From contig PGYV01000001.1 in assembly GCA_002839855.1 (NCBI GenBank), forward strand, positions 229,256-293,255: 64,000 bases of DNA. Direction: 5' to 3'. A program made the position numbers and the translations under genes. Positions 19,623-29,799 of this stretch are shown here, piece after piece. Every line of letters starts with the position of its first letter. Position 1 is the stretch's first letter. The notes beneath the pieces were generated by a model that saw only the letters and a list, made by a program, of their open reading frames with translations, made no database searches and was not told where the DNA came from. The DNA comes from Candidatus Goldiibacteriota bacterium HGW-Goldbacteria-1 (GTDB lineage Bacteria; Oederibacteriota; PGYV01).

Positions 19623-21485
19623 TTAAACGGCAGGCAGGGTAAAGCAGAATTCAGAACCTTTGCCCTCTTCAGATTCCACCCAGATATTTCCGCCATACCC
19701 TTCAATAATTTTTTTGCATTTCGCAAGGCCTATTCCGGGGCCTTCATATTCATCTTTGATGTGCAGTTTCTGCAGAATTATAAATATTCTCTGAAAATAT
19801 CTGGAAGATATTCCGATACCGTTATCCTTTACGCAAAACAGCCAGTGCTTGTTTACCGGCTTTGCCGTAATGCTTATTACAGGCTTGTTCTTTTTTGCGG
19901 AAAACTTTATGGCATTATCCAGAAGCTCCGTAAAAACTTCCACTACCTGAGAACTTTCAGCCATTACCGCCGGAAGTTTACCCACATTTATTTTCGCTTT
20001 GCTTTTTACTATCTTCTCTTCAAGGCTCTTTATTACCCCTTTAACCGCCGTGTCAGTGTCTGTTTTTCTGCTGCTGTCCCCGTCTTTATTGACCGTCATA
20101 TACTGTACAAGCCCCCTTACAAGGGCGCTTAGCTGTTTTACCCCATTAACCGTGAAATGCATATACTGCAGAGACTCCGCGTCAAGGATGCTTTCATTTC
20201 TTTTTTTAAGCATCTGCACATAAATTGATATTGTCCTTAAGGGTTCCTGAAGGTCGTGTGAAGTGGCGGCGGCAAATTTACTTAATTCATCATTGCTTTT
20301 TTTCAGCGCGTCTATTGTATCCTTCAGCCTTTCCTGCATATTTTCAATTTCTGTTACATCAGCAATATTAACAAAATCCGCCGGCCTTCCTTCGTATTGG
20401 ATGGTTCTGGAAAGGATATTAATCCACTTAATCCCGCCGGTTTTTGTTATAGCCTTAACCTGGTAATTGTTCACCACATCTTTATCGCCGGACTGTTTTT
20501 TTGCCGCCTGTTCAGCCACAAACGCCCTGTCATCAGGATGAATTAAATTTAAAAAGCCCCCCGGCTGCATCGCATAAAGTTCGCCGCTTGAATAACCGGA
20601 TATAATTGAATAACCTTCATTGCAATACCTGAACACATTATCCTGCAGGATCATTATCCCAAGCATTGACTGTTCTGACAGGGTCCTGAATTTCATTTCG
20701 CTGGCGGCAAGTTCGTCCTGCATCTTTTTCATATTGTCTTTTTCTTCTGTAAGCGTGATGTTAAGTTCACGCACTTTTTTTATCTGAATTTCAAGCGCTT
20801 CATTTTTCACTTTAATTTCACCGGCGCGTTCTTCAACCATATCTTCAAGCTGCTGCCTGTATTTAATCAGTTCCAGTTCCACCCTGCGCTGCCTGCTTCT
20901 GTCTATTCCAAAACACCTTACCCCCTGCAGTTTTCCCCCGGCCCCGTATATCCCCTTATTTGTCCAGGCAATCCATACACGCTCGCCGTTTCTGCGCATA
21001 TTTTCATTCTCGCTGCTGAAATAATTGTCAGGTTCTTCATATATCTTTTCAAGCAGGGCTTTTAAATCCCTGCCTGTACTTTCAAATTCAGGCACAATTG
21101 TGCCTACAACTTTCTTGCCCATAATTTCCGTCATATTAAACCCAAAAAAACTATATGCAAATTTATTCATGTAAGTTATTCTGCCGGAAGTATCCATATC
21201 AAGTATGATTGTGCTTGAGTTTTCAATTAAGTCCCTGTATTTTGTCTCGCTGTACCTGAGGCTGATAACACGTTTTCTGTATATCGTCCAGAAAATTAAA
21301 AGCGCAAGGCCGCCGCCCGTTAAAAACAACACCAATAAAGGCAAATAATTATAAGGACCGTTTTCGTCAGATGAATAAAGGCCGGAATTTAAACAAAGGA
21401 TAAACGGAGTTAAATAAATAACCGTTCTTGAGAGTTTCTTAGCGCGGTTAATCAATTCAATAATCACGTATTCCCCCGAATACAA
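19623..21485 (-). CDS. PAS-PAS sensor histidine kinase
   Basis: TM segment, two PAS domains, H-box SHDLQEPLR, N-box ELLDNAIKF, G-boxes DNGIG and GPGIGLA. Confidence 0.9.
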   Translation of the reverse strand: MYSGEYVIIELINRAKKLSRTVIYLTPFILCLNSGLYSSDENGPYNYLPLLVLFLTGGGLALLIFWTIYRKRVISLRYSETKYRDLIENSSTIILDMDTSGRITYMNKFAYSFFGFNMTEIMGKKVVGTIVPEFESTGRDLKALLEKIYEEPDNYFSSENENMRRNGERVWIAWTNKGIYGAGGKLQGVRCFGIDRSRQRRVELELIKYRQQLEDMVEERAGEIKVKNEALEIQIKKVRELNITLTEEKDNMKKMQDELAASEMKFRTLSEQSMLGIMILQDNVFRYCNEGYSIISGYSSGELYAMQPGGFLNLIHPDDRAFVAEQAAKKQSGDKDVVNNYQVKAITKTGGIKWINILSRTIQYEGRPADFVNIADVTEIENMQERLKDTIDALKKSNDELSKFAAATSHDLQEPLRTISIYVQMLKKRNESILDAESLQYMHFTVNGVKQLSALVRGLVQYMTVNKDGDSSRKTDTDTAVKGVIKSLEEKIVKSKAKINVGKLPAVMAESSQVVEVFTELLDNAIKFSAKKNKPVISITAKPVNKHWLFCVKDNGIGISSRYFQRIFIILQKLHIKDEYEGPGIGLAKCKKIIEGYGGNIWVESEEGKGSEFCFTLPAV

Positions 21486-21603
21486 AACAAGCTGTCACGT
21501 TAGCCTATTCACCGCATCTGAATCAATTATAACATATTTTCATTTGATTTTAAGCGCGCCTTTATGTATCATGATTTTAACGTTAAAATTTAAGGAGGGA
21601 CTG

Positions 21604-22722
21604 ATGAAAAAAATAAGAATTGCATATTTGGGCGCCGGAGAAATTTCCGACAGGTTTATAACACAGGCACAGGCGCTCAATAACACGGAACTTTGCGCGG
21701 TTTTTTCCAGGAATATAAAAAACGCGGCGGCAAAAGCAAAAAAATATTCAATCCCGGCTTATTATGACAATTATGAAAAAATGCTTAAAGAGATAAAACC
21801 GGACGCGGTTATAGTTACTTCGCCGCACTCCCTGCACGCGCGCCATACAATTGACTGCTTAAACGCGGGGTGCCATGTGCTGTGTGAAAAACCAATGGCT
21901 GTAAATTATAAAGAAGCAAAAGCCATGGCTGAAGCCGCCAAAAAAAACAAGAAACTTTTAATGGTGCTTCCGTTTGACCAGTACCCCCACTATCTGGCGT
22001 CATTTGATTTAATTAAGGAAAAATACATAGGCAAAATTGTGTCAGCGCATTCGGAACTGTCTTTTCCCGGGCCTCCCAGGGACAACTGGTATTATGATAA
22101 AAAAATCGCCAAAGGCGGGGCTATGCTTGACGTTGGCTGTTACGCCCTTTCAAGGATGATAACAATAATGGGAGGGGTAAAAAAGATATCCGCTTTTTCC
22201 AACACCCTTCTTTCTAAAAGAATTTTATCAGACGGAAAAAAAATAACCCCTTCCGTGGATGACAATAACGTAATGATTATGGAATTTGAAGGCGGGGTCT
22301 TTGGAACCGCAAAAGCCATGTGGCAGCACCCTTATGTGGAAAACAGGACTGTAATCTACGGAAGGCACGGCGCTGTGTATATTCATTTTGACGGAATAGA
22401 TGACGCTCCCGGAATTGTGGTGCAGACAAAAAACCCGTCAAAGAAACTGAAAAAAATAAAATACCGCGGGCTGCCTGACTGCTATACGCCTGTTGATATG
22501 CCCAAATGGGGCCCCAAGTATGACATTATGGGCAAATTTACGGAGTTTATCCCGGCAGGTAAGGTATTATCCTACGACGCCATACAATCCCTGCATATAA
22601 TGGAAGTTATGGATAAAGCGTATGTTTCCGCAAAGACAGGAAAAGTTCAGAGGATAAATACGCCTTTTAGGGTCTGGTGGGATAAGGAAAAAACAATACA
22701 GAAGTTTAACAGTTACGTGTAA
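21604..22722 (+). CDS. Gfo/Idh/MocA family oxidoreductase
   Basis: Start moved to ATG 21604 after AAGGAGG. GAGEIS Rossmann motif, CEKPMA, GGAMLDVGCY. Confidence 0.9.
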   Translation: MKKIRIAYLGAGEISDRFITQAQALNNTELCAVFSRNIKNAAAKAKKYSIPAYYDNYEKMLKEIKPDAVIVTSPHSLHARHTIDCLNAGCHVLCEKPMAVNYKEAKAMAEAAKKNKKLLMVLPFDQYPHYLASFDLIKEKYIGKIVSAHSELSFPGPPRDNWYYDKKIAKGGAMLDVGCYALSRMITIMGGVKKISAFSNTLLSKRILSDGKKITPSVDDNNVMIMEFEGGVFGTAKAMWQHPYVENRTVIYGRHGAVYIHFDGIDDAPGIVVQTKNPSKKLKKIKYRGLPDCYTPVDMPKWGPKYDIMGKFTEFIPAGKVLSYDAIQSLHIMEVMDKAYVSAKTGKVQRINTPFRVWWDKEKTIQKFNSYV

Positions 22723-22725
22723 ATT

Positions 22726-23088
22726 TTAAGGAAACGTTATCAGCCATTCAAGGGCTTCTTCTTCGGTTTTAAACAGCTGAAGTTTTCTTTCAGCCCCGTT
22801 CATGACAGAGGCCAGCATTTTTTCCTTAATTTCAGGAAGGCACGCAACAGCGGAAGCTTTTATATATGGGGTATTTTTTTTAAGATAATTAATAAACATT
22901 TCATGGTCCGTAAATATAGGTGTGTTTTCACCGCCGACCGCTATTGATAAAATGGAATGCGGCTGCTCTTTAGATGCCAGTTCCATGGATTTATTAAGCA
23001 TCTCCGCGAATTCAGATGCATCGCAGTCTTTCATGTCGTGATAAAGTATCCTTCTGCCTTTGTACTCCACAAATTTTACGTCGTACAT
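22726..23088 (-). CDS. Hypothetical protein, SpoIIAA/STAS-SEC14-like
   Basis: RBS AGGAG and C-terminal FKTEEEALEWL motif. Confidence 0.5.
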   Translation of the reverse strand: MYDVKFVEYKGRRILYHDMKDCDASEFAEMLNKSMELASKEQPHSILSIAVGGENTPIFTDHEMFINYLKKNTPYIKASAVACLPEIKEKMLASVMNGAERKLQLFKTEEEALEWLITFP

Positions 23089-23160
23089 GGCTTCTCCTGT
23101 TTTTGCTTGTACATATTATAGCTTACAAAATATACAAGTCAAACAGGAAAAACAGTATAA

Positions 23161-23536
23161 CAGAGGGACGGAAGATAATAAACCGGATGCTTGGACGCTT
23201 AGAGGCTTGGATGCTTGGTTTTGCCGTGGTAGACGCGGGTCTTTAGCCCGCGGTTGTAGCGAGCCTGCGAAGCGGAAATCCCGTCAATGAAGCGAGCTTG
23301 CGAGCGAAAGAAGACGGGACAATTGTGTTTACGTTTTGTTTTGGCAGCCGCGTCCCTTTAGGGCGCGTTGTTCTGCGCGTTTCTTTCAGGTAATTATCAG
23401 GTCAAATGCCGCGCCTTAAAAGGCGCGCCTACCACTGCATAAATTTAAAAAGATCCGCGGGCTAAAGACCCGCGTCTACCAGGTCATAGACTAACTTCAA
23501 CCGCTTAAAGCAAGCCGCAATATATTGCGGCTCTAC
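23161..23536. repeat. REP-like mosaic cluster 1
   Basis: GAGGGACGG head; 8-mer tract 23185-23218; REP-A 23228-23253 and inverted 23455-23480; REP-B variants 23344-23367 and 23410-23434; REP-D 23513-23536. Confidence 0.85.
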
Positions 23537-23549
23537 GGTAAAAACAAAA

Positions 23550-23975
23550 CTATTCAGAGTAATCTTTGATAAACTTTATTACCTCAGATCTTATGGAATC
23601 GCGGATACCGCGGATTTTGGCAAGTTTTTCTTCTTCTGTCCCTTCGGCCTTTGACGGGTCATTAAAAGGCCAGTGAAGTTTTTGACCGGTACCGGGAAAT
23701 ATCGGGCACCTTTCCGCGGCTTCCGCGTCGCAGACAGCCACAACATAAGAGAATAATTTTCCCTGCTTATAAAAATCAAATACGCTCTTGGTTTTATTGC
23801 CGGATATGTCTATACCGTCTTCCGCCATTACCTTTACAACAAGGGGGTTTAAAACGCCCGGTTCCAGCCCCGCGCTTTCAGCTGTGAACTTTTCCCCTCC
23901 AAATTTATTCAAATAAGCCTCTGCCATCTGTGACCGCGCGCTGTTGTGGATACAGATAAAAAGCACTTTTTCCAT
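23550..23975 (-). CDS. arsC: Arsenate reductase (LMW-PTP/thioredoxin-coupled type)
   Basis: [14 protein letters not shown]-loop, CPIFPG, HWPFNDP and RDSIR. Confidence 0.9.
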   Translation of the reverse strand: MEKVLFICIHNSARSQMAEAYLNKFGGEKFTAESAGLEPGVLNPLVVKVMAEDGIDISGNKTKSVFDFYKQGKLFSYVVAVCDAEAAERCPIFPGTGQKLHWPFNDPSKAEGTEEEKLAKIRGIRDSIRSEVIKFIKDYSE

Positions 23976-24052
23976 AACTTCCTCCTGATTTTAATTTTTA
24001 TCAGTATCCATCATGGCTGTTAAGTGTTAATGAACTTTATGTTAATATTCAG

Positions 24053-24763
24053 TTAAAAAAACGCGCCGTATAAAAGGTAAACGGCAGCCAAAATAACAAG
24101 CACACCGCACGCTTTTTTGATAATCATTACAGCCTTGGATTTTTCGCCCCAGTGCAGGTATTTTTCCACAAGTTCCGTGAATGTTCCGGCAAGCACTATT
24201 ACCCCGCAGTGGCCTGCGGCGTAAAGAGTGACAAGCAGGACCGAGTACAGAATATTTTCCGCGGCATAGTTAAACGCCACTGCCAGCATTGGCGCCATGT
24301 AAGCAAACGTGCACGGCCCAAGCGCCACGCCGAATACAAGCCCCAGAATAAAAGCAGCCCAGTATCCGCGCTTTTCAAATTTTGGCTGGCTTATACTATT
24401 TAAAAAAGGAAATGAGATTATTTCAAGCAGATACAGCCCCACAATAATAAAAACAACAGCTACAAATACATTACCCCACGGGCCTGTATTACCCAGCATT
24501 TTTCCCATAAGGCCTGTTACAACCCCGATAACGGCTATTGTAATAAGGATACCTGCCGAGAATAAAAGCGAAATTAAAAAAGCTTTTTTTATCGTAATCT
24601 TATCCCCCTGAGCGCCCACAAAACCTATTATAAGCGGTATAGAAGCCAGGTGGCACGGGCTTAAAAGGATGCTAAGTATGCCCCATATAAAAGAAGCGGA
24701 CAGCGCAATTGCCGGCGCTTTATCAAGGGCAAGGGTCAGCGATGTGAATATCTGTTCAATCAT
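24053..24763 (-). CDS. ccdA: Cytochrome c biogenesis CcdA / DsbD TM-domain protein
   Basis: SILLSPCHLASIP and GPCTFAY Cys pair; about 6 TM helices. Confidence 0.85.
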   Translation of the reverse strand: MIEQIFTSLTLALDKAPAIALSASFIWGILSILLSPCHLASIPLIIGFVGAQGDKITIKKAFLISLLFSAGILITIAVIGVVTGLMGKMLGNTGPWGNVFVAVVFIIVGLYLLEIISFPFLNSISQPKFEKRGYWAAFILGLVFGVALGPCTFAYMAPMLAVAFNYAAENILYSVLLVTLYAAGHCGVIVLAGTFTELVEKYLHWGEKSKAVMIIKKACGVLVILAAVYLLYGAFF

Positions 24764-25152
24764 TTCGCCGCTTCCTTTTCAGATGCTATTAATTTTATCT
24801 CTTCCAGCATTTTCTCTTTGTTAAAATCAGAAGCGCTTGCCCTGTAACGCACCTGATCAGATTTATCCACAAGGACAATATACGGATAAAGCCCCATCTG
24901 ATACTTGTCCATAACAGCTTTGGTGCCGTCATTTTTTGAATTATCAAACACTTTTAAATCAACTTTATTTGAAAGGGTGTTTTCTTTAATAAAATTTTTA
25001 ATTTCGCTTTCCATATTAACACACCTGTTTTTTACGCAGCTGCACGCGCTTGAATCAACCGCAAGCACCAGTTTTGCCGGCTTTACGCTTACGCATCCGC
25101 AGAAAGCCGTTAATATTACCGGTAATAACATCAGAACAAGTTTATTTTTCAA
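24760..25152 (-). CDS. Thioredoxin-fold lipoprotein
   Basis: Lipobox-like FCGC, ACSC motif and GLYPYIVL cis-Pro loop. Confidence 0.55.
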   Translation of the reverse strand: MKNKLVLMLLPVILTAFCGCVSVKPAKLVLAVDSSACSCVKNRCVNMESEIKNFIKENTLSNKVDLKVFDNSKNDGTKAVMDKYQMGLYPYIVLVDKSDQVRYRASASDFNKEKMLEEIKLIASEKEAAK

Positions 25153-25585
25153 TTTTCACCCCCGCTTTTTCAAGCACCGGCAGAATCTGTTCAAGCGGAT
25201 AAAATCCGGTATGCCTGTGAAATTCTTTCCCATTTTCATCAAGAAATATCTGCGTGGGTATTCCCCTTATCCCAAACTGCTTCGCGTACGGTTCGCCGGC
25301 AGGCGTCCACACGTCATGAAATACCACCTTTACTTCTTTGCCGTATTTTTTCTCTATCTCTTCCATTACCGGCACCATCATCTTGCACGGCACGCATTTT
25401 ACAGACCCAAGTTCAATAAATGTTACTTTAATTTTAGACGCGGATTTCACATCGGCAGCTTTAACCGGTGCAGCAGTTTCCTGAGGCTGAACCTGATTTG
25501 TACCAACAGCTTTGGGCCTGCTTCCCGCAAATATAAATACAAAAGACACAGCCAGAATTACAAATGCAATAATAATTTTTTTCAT
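25142..25585 (-). CDS. Exported thioredoxin family protein
   Basis: Start moved to MKKII (25585) after GGAG. CVPC active site, IRGIPTQIF. Confidence 0.85.
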   Translation of the reverse strand: MKKIIIAFVILAVSFVFIFAGSRPKAVGTNQVQPQETAAPVKAADVKSASKIKVTFIELGSVKCVPCKMMVPVMEEIEKKYGKEVKVVFHDVWTPAGEPYAKQFGIRGIPTQIFLDENGKEFHRHTGFYPLEQILPVLEKAGVKIEK

Positions 25586-25595
25586 TTTATTCTCC

Positions 25596-25829
25596 TTAAA
25601 GCCCCAGGGCTTTTTTAATTTCAGCTTCACTTGGTATCTTGCCGGAAACAACCACTTTGCCGTCAACCGCAACCGCAGGCGTCATCATCACGTTATATTT
25701 CATTATTTCGCTTATCTCCTTAACCTTTATCACTTCCGCGTCAACTTTATTATCCGCCACAACTTTACGCACCACTTCTTCTGTCTTAATGCACTTTGGA
25801 CATCCCGTACCCAGAACAGCTATCTTCAT
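25596..25829 (-). CDS. Small redox-active thioredoxin-like protein (MTH895/Thioredoxin_3 type)
   Basis: Start MKIAVLGTGCPKC at 25829; VMMTPAVAVDGKV. Confidence 0.9.
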   Translation of the reverse strand: MKIAVLGTGCPKCIKTEEVVRKVVADNKVDAEVIKVKEISEIMKYNVMMTPAVAVDGKVVVSGKIPSEAEIKKALGL

Positions 25830-25830
25830 T

Positions 25831-26202
25831 TTATGCCTCCATAAGCTGCCTTGCAAGCTGGCACGAAACAATATCATCGCCATTGCGCAGGCTTAATCGT
25901 TTTTTCAGCCTTTCCATATCTGTTTTAAATATTTCTTCCTGCATTTTAAGGACCGGTTCTGCCAGTTCAACTTCAGGGCTTTCAATGACAGAGTAAAGAA
26001 CCCATCTGCCTTTTCTTGTTTCCTTTACCATGCCCGCGGTCTTTAGTATCTGCAGGTGTTTTGACACGTTATACTGGCTTTCTGACAGCGCGTCTATAAG
26101 TTCGCATACCGCGATGTCTTTTCCCGCCTTTAAAAGCAACCTGTATGTGCGCAGCCTGGTTTTGTCAGACAATGCCGCAAATACTTCCAGTGCCCTTTCC
26201 AT
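25831..26202 (-). CDS. ArsR/SmtB family repressor
   Basis: FAALSDKTRL, VCEL, SQYNVSKHL, RKGRWVLY. The ATG overlaps the upstream TGA (TGATG). Confidence 0.9.
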   Translation of the reverse strand: MERALEVFAALSDKTRLRTYRLLLKAGKDIAVCELIDALSESQYNVSKHLQILKTAGMVKETRKGRWVLYSVIESPEVELAEPVLKMQEEIFKTDMERLKKRLSLRNGDDIVSCQLARQLMEA

Positions 26203-26627
26203 CAGCACTTACCGCCGCAGCCGCACGAAGAACCGCCGCCATTACAGCAGTCAGAAGGGGCTTTTGCTGAAACAGCATCCTGAATCTTTAAAAACGCGTC
26301 CTTTACAGTGTCTTCCGACATTCCTGTTTCGCCCTTTTTAAAACCAAATTCAGTGACAACATATGATTCACTTTTTACACCGTGATTATCCATTGCTTTC
26401 TTTCCGCATTTTACCGGGCAGCCGTCTATAACAATTACACGGCCGGAATCTTTGGCGCCTTTTACAAAACTTTCAATATCCGCGCCCACGCCTGCCAGGC
26501 AGTACATACTGCCGTGCCCCGCAACAGAGAGCATCCTTGCAGCCCTATCGCTTAAAAAACCCACGTCAGCCGCTCCTGAACACGCGCAGATTATCGCGTC
26601 ATTTGAACTTCCACAACAGTCACTCAT
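26202..26627 (-). CDS. DGC-domain putative zinc-binding protein
   Basis: ACSGAADVG, MYCLAG and IDGCPVKC; Cys-rich termini. Confidence 0.85.
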   Translation of the reverse strand: MSDCCGSSNDAIICACSGAADVGFLSDRAARMLSVAGHGSMYCLAGVGADIESFVKGAKDSGRVIVIDGCPVKCGKKAMDNHGVKSESYVVTEFGFKKGETGMSEDTVKDAFLKIQDAVSAKAPSDCCNGGGSSCGCGGKC

Positions 26628-26641
26628 GCTTCACCTCTTTA

Positions 26642-27802
26642 TTAGAATAAAAAACCATACAGCATGCCTGTTAAAGCAGCCATAATTACAACCAGGCCAA
26701 TATACACAGCTGTTTTCTTTAAACCCATTATACTGTTGATAACTATCATATTAGGAAGGCTTAAAGCAGGCCCTGCAAGCAAAAGCGCAAGCGCCGGGCC
26801 TTTGCCCATTCCCGCGCCTATTAAACCCTGTAATATCGGTACTTCCGTCAGCGTTGCAAAATACATAAGGGCGCCGGCAACAGACGCGAACAAATTTGAC
26901 CATATTGAGTTTCCGCCTACTAATGATACTATCCAGCTTGAAGGAATAAGCGCTTCATGGCCGGGCCTGCCAAGCAGAAATCCCGCCGCAAGAACACCCA
27001 TAAACAAAAGCGGAAGTATCTGCACCGCGAATCCCCAGCTTTCTTTTCCCCATTCTTTTATTTCGTCCTTTTTAAACCAGCCAAAAACCATAAAAGCAAG
27101 AACACCAATCAATACGCCCGATATAATCCACTTTGCCCTGTATATTAAATTCCAGACATACATATTTTCATCTTTACCCCAGTTTAAAAAAACAAGTATC
27201 GCAATCATTACCGCAAAATATGAAATCAGTTTCCACGCGGGCATGCTTTCTTCTGAATTATCCGCATTTACAAATTCTTCCATGCGTTTTTCCTCTTCTT
27301 TGCTGAATATCAGCTGCATAAGAAGGCCGATGATTACCGAGAATACTACAGCGCCGACAATACGCGCGATACCAAGTTCCAAGCCCAGCACCCGTGCGGT
27401 CAATATGATTGCAAGGACATTAATAGCCGGGCCGGAGTAAAGAAATGCGGTGGCCGGCCCTATGCCCGCTCCCCTTTTATATATTCCGGCAAACAGGGGA
27501 AGCACGGTACAGGAGCAGACAGCAAGAACAGAACCGGATACAGATGCAACCGTATACGCCACAAATTTATTTGCTTTTGCGCCAAGGTATTTTAATACGG
27601 CATTACTTTTTATAAATACCGCAATGGCGCCCGCAATTAAAAACGCGGGGATAAGGCAAAGCAAAACATGCTGGCGCGCGTAATCCTGCGTCATATAAAG
27701 CGCTTCCATTATGGCATTCTTTAACTGAACGCTTTCAACAGGTATAAAATAGAAAATTAAGAAAACAGCCAGGATGTATAAAAACTTTTTTATGTCACTC
27801 AT
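26642..27802 (-). CDS. DUF318 (ArsP-like) permease
   Basis: HVLLCLIPAF, AVCSCTVLPLF, FLYSGPAIN, YFATLTEVP and GPALSLP. Confidence 0.85.
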   Translation of the reverse strand: MSDIKKFLYILAVFLIFYFIPVESVQLKNAIMEALYMTQDYARQHVLLCLIPAFLIAGAIAVFIKSNAVLKYLGAKANKFVAYTVASVSGSVLAVCSCTVLPLFAGIYKRGAGIGPATAFLYSGPAINVLAIILTARVLGLELGIARIVGAVVFSVIIGLLMQLIFSKEEEKRMEEFVNADNSEESMPAWKLISYFAVMIAILVFLNWGKDENMYVWNLIYRAKWIISGVLIGVLAFMVFGWFKKDEIKEWGKESWGFAVQILPLLFMGVLAAGFLLGRPGHEALIPSSWIVSLVGGNSIWSNLFASVAGALMYFATLTEVPILQGLIGAGMGKGPALALLLAGPALSLPNMIVINSIMGLKKTAVYIGLVVIMAALTGMLYGFLF

Positions 27803-27941
27803 CTTTTCTCCTGATATGCTTATATGCGCTATCGTGCATACGTTATCTTAAAAAAAAGCCCTTGTCAACAATTAAATCTGCGATTGTGAAACTTTTGGAT
27901 ATTTTCTTAGGCTTGCGGCTGCAAGTTCATTGTATATGGTT

Positions 27942-28265
27942 TTACCTGTCAGTGAAAATAAAATCCATCTTAAGCCTTGCCCCTATCCCGTTTGCCACTT
28001 TCGCAAGCGTTGCCAGTTCGGCGTTTTTTTGACCGTTCAGGATGCGGGCAAGCACCTGATGGTCAATTTGAGCCTTTTTTGCAAGGGCATAATTTGTAAG
28101 GTGTTTCTTCTTCATTTCAGCCTTAACTTTTTCTATAAAATCAAACATAATGCTTTCAGCGTCATATGCTTCCATCGCTTTTTTGTTTTTCATTATTTGT
28201 TTAAATATATCATTGTGAATGTGAGAGTTAGTTCCTATTTTTGCCTTTTTTGTCGTTTTTTTCAT
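27942..28265 (-). CDS. Orphan XRE/HTH_3 regulator (HigA-like antitoxin)
   Basis: LTNYALAKKAQIDHQVLARILNG HTH; own promoter TTGACA-17-CATAAT just after hgcB. Confidence 0.75.
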   Translation of the reverse strand: MKKTTKKAKIGTNSHIHNDIFKQIMKNKKAMEAYDAESIMFDFIEKVKAEMKKKHLTNYALAKKAQIDHQVLARILNGQKNAELATLAKVANGIGARLKMDFIFTDR

Positions 28266-28345
28266 GGATTTTACCTCTTTTGCTATGTTTTACTTTTTTC
28301 AATTATGCACTTTAAAGCCCTTATTGTCAATACGTTAACTTTCAA

Positions 28346-28663
28346 TCAGCAGCAGCCGCTCTTGCCGCCGCCGCAGCACCCTGAATTTGTGTCATCACCG
28401 CAGCCGCACTCTGCTTTGCCGTTTTTTGACCCAAGTATGGCGGCGGCGCAGCCGGGGCCTGTTTCCACGTTTATCGCGCCGTAAGCGCAGTTTACCATGC
28501 ACGCGCCGCATTCAATACACGCGCCCTTATCGGCAAACGCAGCCTTGTTCCCTTCCATCTTAAAAACCCCGCGCGGACACACCTTTACGCACATTGTGCA
28601 TCCCGTGCATTTATCCTGATTGTAACTTATGGAAACCAATTCATCTATGTATCTTAGTTTCAT
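28346..28663 (-). CDS. hgcB: Mercury methylation ferredoxin HgcB
   Basis: CTGCTMCVKVCP and CIECGACMVNC 4Fe-4S motifs, GPGCA, terminal CC. ATG 28663 overlaps the hgcA TGA. Confidence 0.9.
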   Translation of the reverse strand: MKLRYIDELVSISYNQDKCTGCTMCVKVCPRGVFKMEGNKAAFADKGACIECGACMVNCAYGAINVETGPGCAAAILGSKNGKAECGCGDDTNSGCCGGGKSGCC

Positions 28664-29799
28664 ATTATCACCCTCATTATCATCTCTGTAATTATAAGCA
28701 GAACGGAAATTATGCCGCCTGCTGTTATAAAACCAATGGAATCTTTTACCTCTTTTTTCACGCCGGAAATTGATGTGAATGTCGTGCACCCGGTATAATT
28801 CATAGCGGTGAATGAAGCTATAGAGATAATGATAATCACAGATGCCGGCAGCCTTAAATACATGTAAGGCGCGGCTAAGACCCCGGATAACAGCACAAAA
28901 AATATGCTTCCCAGCAACCCTGAGAAAATACCTTTAACTGAAAAATACCTGCCCGGAAGCGCCGGCAGAAGCATAGAAAACAGCACCGTGCCCGACACCA
29001 TTCCGGTCAGCGCGGCGTATAAATAAAACATTCCGCGGTAGACAGCGTCGTACAGAACAAACCCCCTGCTGCTTATCCCCGATAAAACTATTACCGCAAT
29101 CATGGGCCAGAACAGTTTGTCCATTGCCATAACCAGTTCCAGCCACGACACTTCCACCCTGCGCCAAATTGTAAATTCCACAGTCTTCATCGCCGTGTCA
29201 TTTTCCATCCCGTTATCAATAAACTTTTTTATATCGCGCGCTTCTACCGGCCCGAATACCGCCTTAAAACCGGTCTGCCTGCGTATTTCATGCGCGGCCA
29301 CTCCCGGCGCTGACAACAGCGGAAGAATAATATTTTTATGCGTTACCACCATATCAAGTTTGGTTTCTATTATTCTTTTTATAATCTCCGCGTCACAAAA
29401 CGTGCCTTTGCCCGCGGCGCACCAGACATTTACACCCTTGGTGTCAATTACCAGAACCCACGCGTCGATTTTTGCGTCGCGCCTTAAAACATCAAATGAA
29501 AGTTTATAGTTTGCGGACACTAAAACCGGCGAGTTTTCATCCGGCTTACCCACAGCGTATAACCCCGGCGCTATGGCATAATCCATACGCTTAAAGCCAA
29601 GCCGAACCGCAATCTCTCCCATTTTATCGGACAGCTTCCAGTTAAAACCAACTCCCGGAACCACAGATGAATTCGCGGCAGCGCAGCAGCATCCGCCTTC
29701 GCTATCCGGCCCGCGGCTAATAGAATATTCCCCGACTTCTATATATTTAATATCATTTTTTGCCGCCGGCCCGCAGCAGCAATCCTCACCTTTACTCAT
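28660..29799 (-). CDS. hgcA: Mercury methylation corrinoid protein HgcA
   Basis: Cap-helix [27 protein letters not shown], 4-5 C-terminal TM helices and [17 protein letters not shown]. Confidence 0.95.
   Translation of the reverse strand: MSKGEDCCCGPAAKNDIKYIEVGEYSISRGPDSEGGCCCAAANSSVVPGVGFNWKLSDKMGEIAVRLGFKRMDYAIAPGLYAVGKPDENSPVLVSANYKLSFDVLRRDAKIDAWVLVIDTKGVNVWCAAGKGTFCDAEIIKRIIETKLDMVVTHKNIILPLLSAPGVAAHEIRRQTGFKAVFGPVEARDIKKFIDNGMENDTAMKTVEFTIWRRVEVSWLELVMAMDKLFWPMIAVIVLSGISSRGFVLYDAVYRGMFYLYAALTGMVSGTVLFSMLLPALPGRYFSVKGIFSGLLGSIFFVLLSGVLAAPYMYLRLPASVIIIISIASFTAMNYTGCTTFTSISGVKKEVKDSIGFITAGGIISVLLIITEMIMRVII

Noticed and set aside
24905-27440. Long plus-strand ORFs such as 24905-25618 and 26664-27440 (also 27930-28484, 38142-38723, 50762-51295, 50857-51405)
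   Set aside because: Antisense shadows of well-supported minus-strand genes, with no motifs or RBS.
28660-29799. CO dehydrogenase/acetyl-CoA synthase gamma/delta subunit call
   Set aside because: The NVWCAAGK cap helix, C-terminal TM helices and adjacent hgcB identify HgcA; no other Wood-Ljungdahl genes are nearby.
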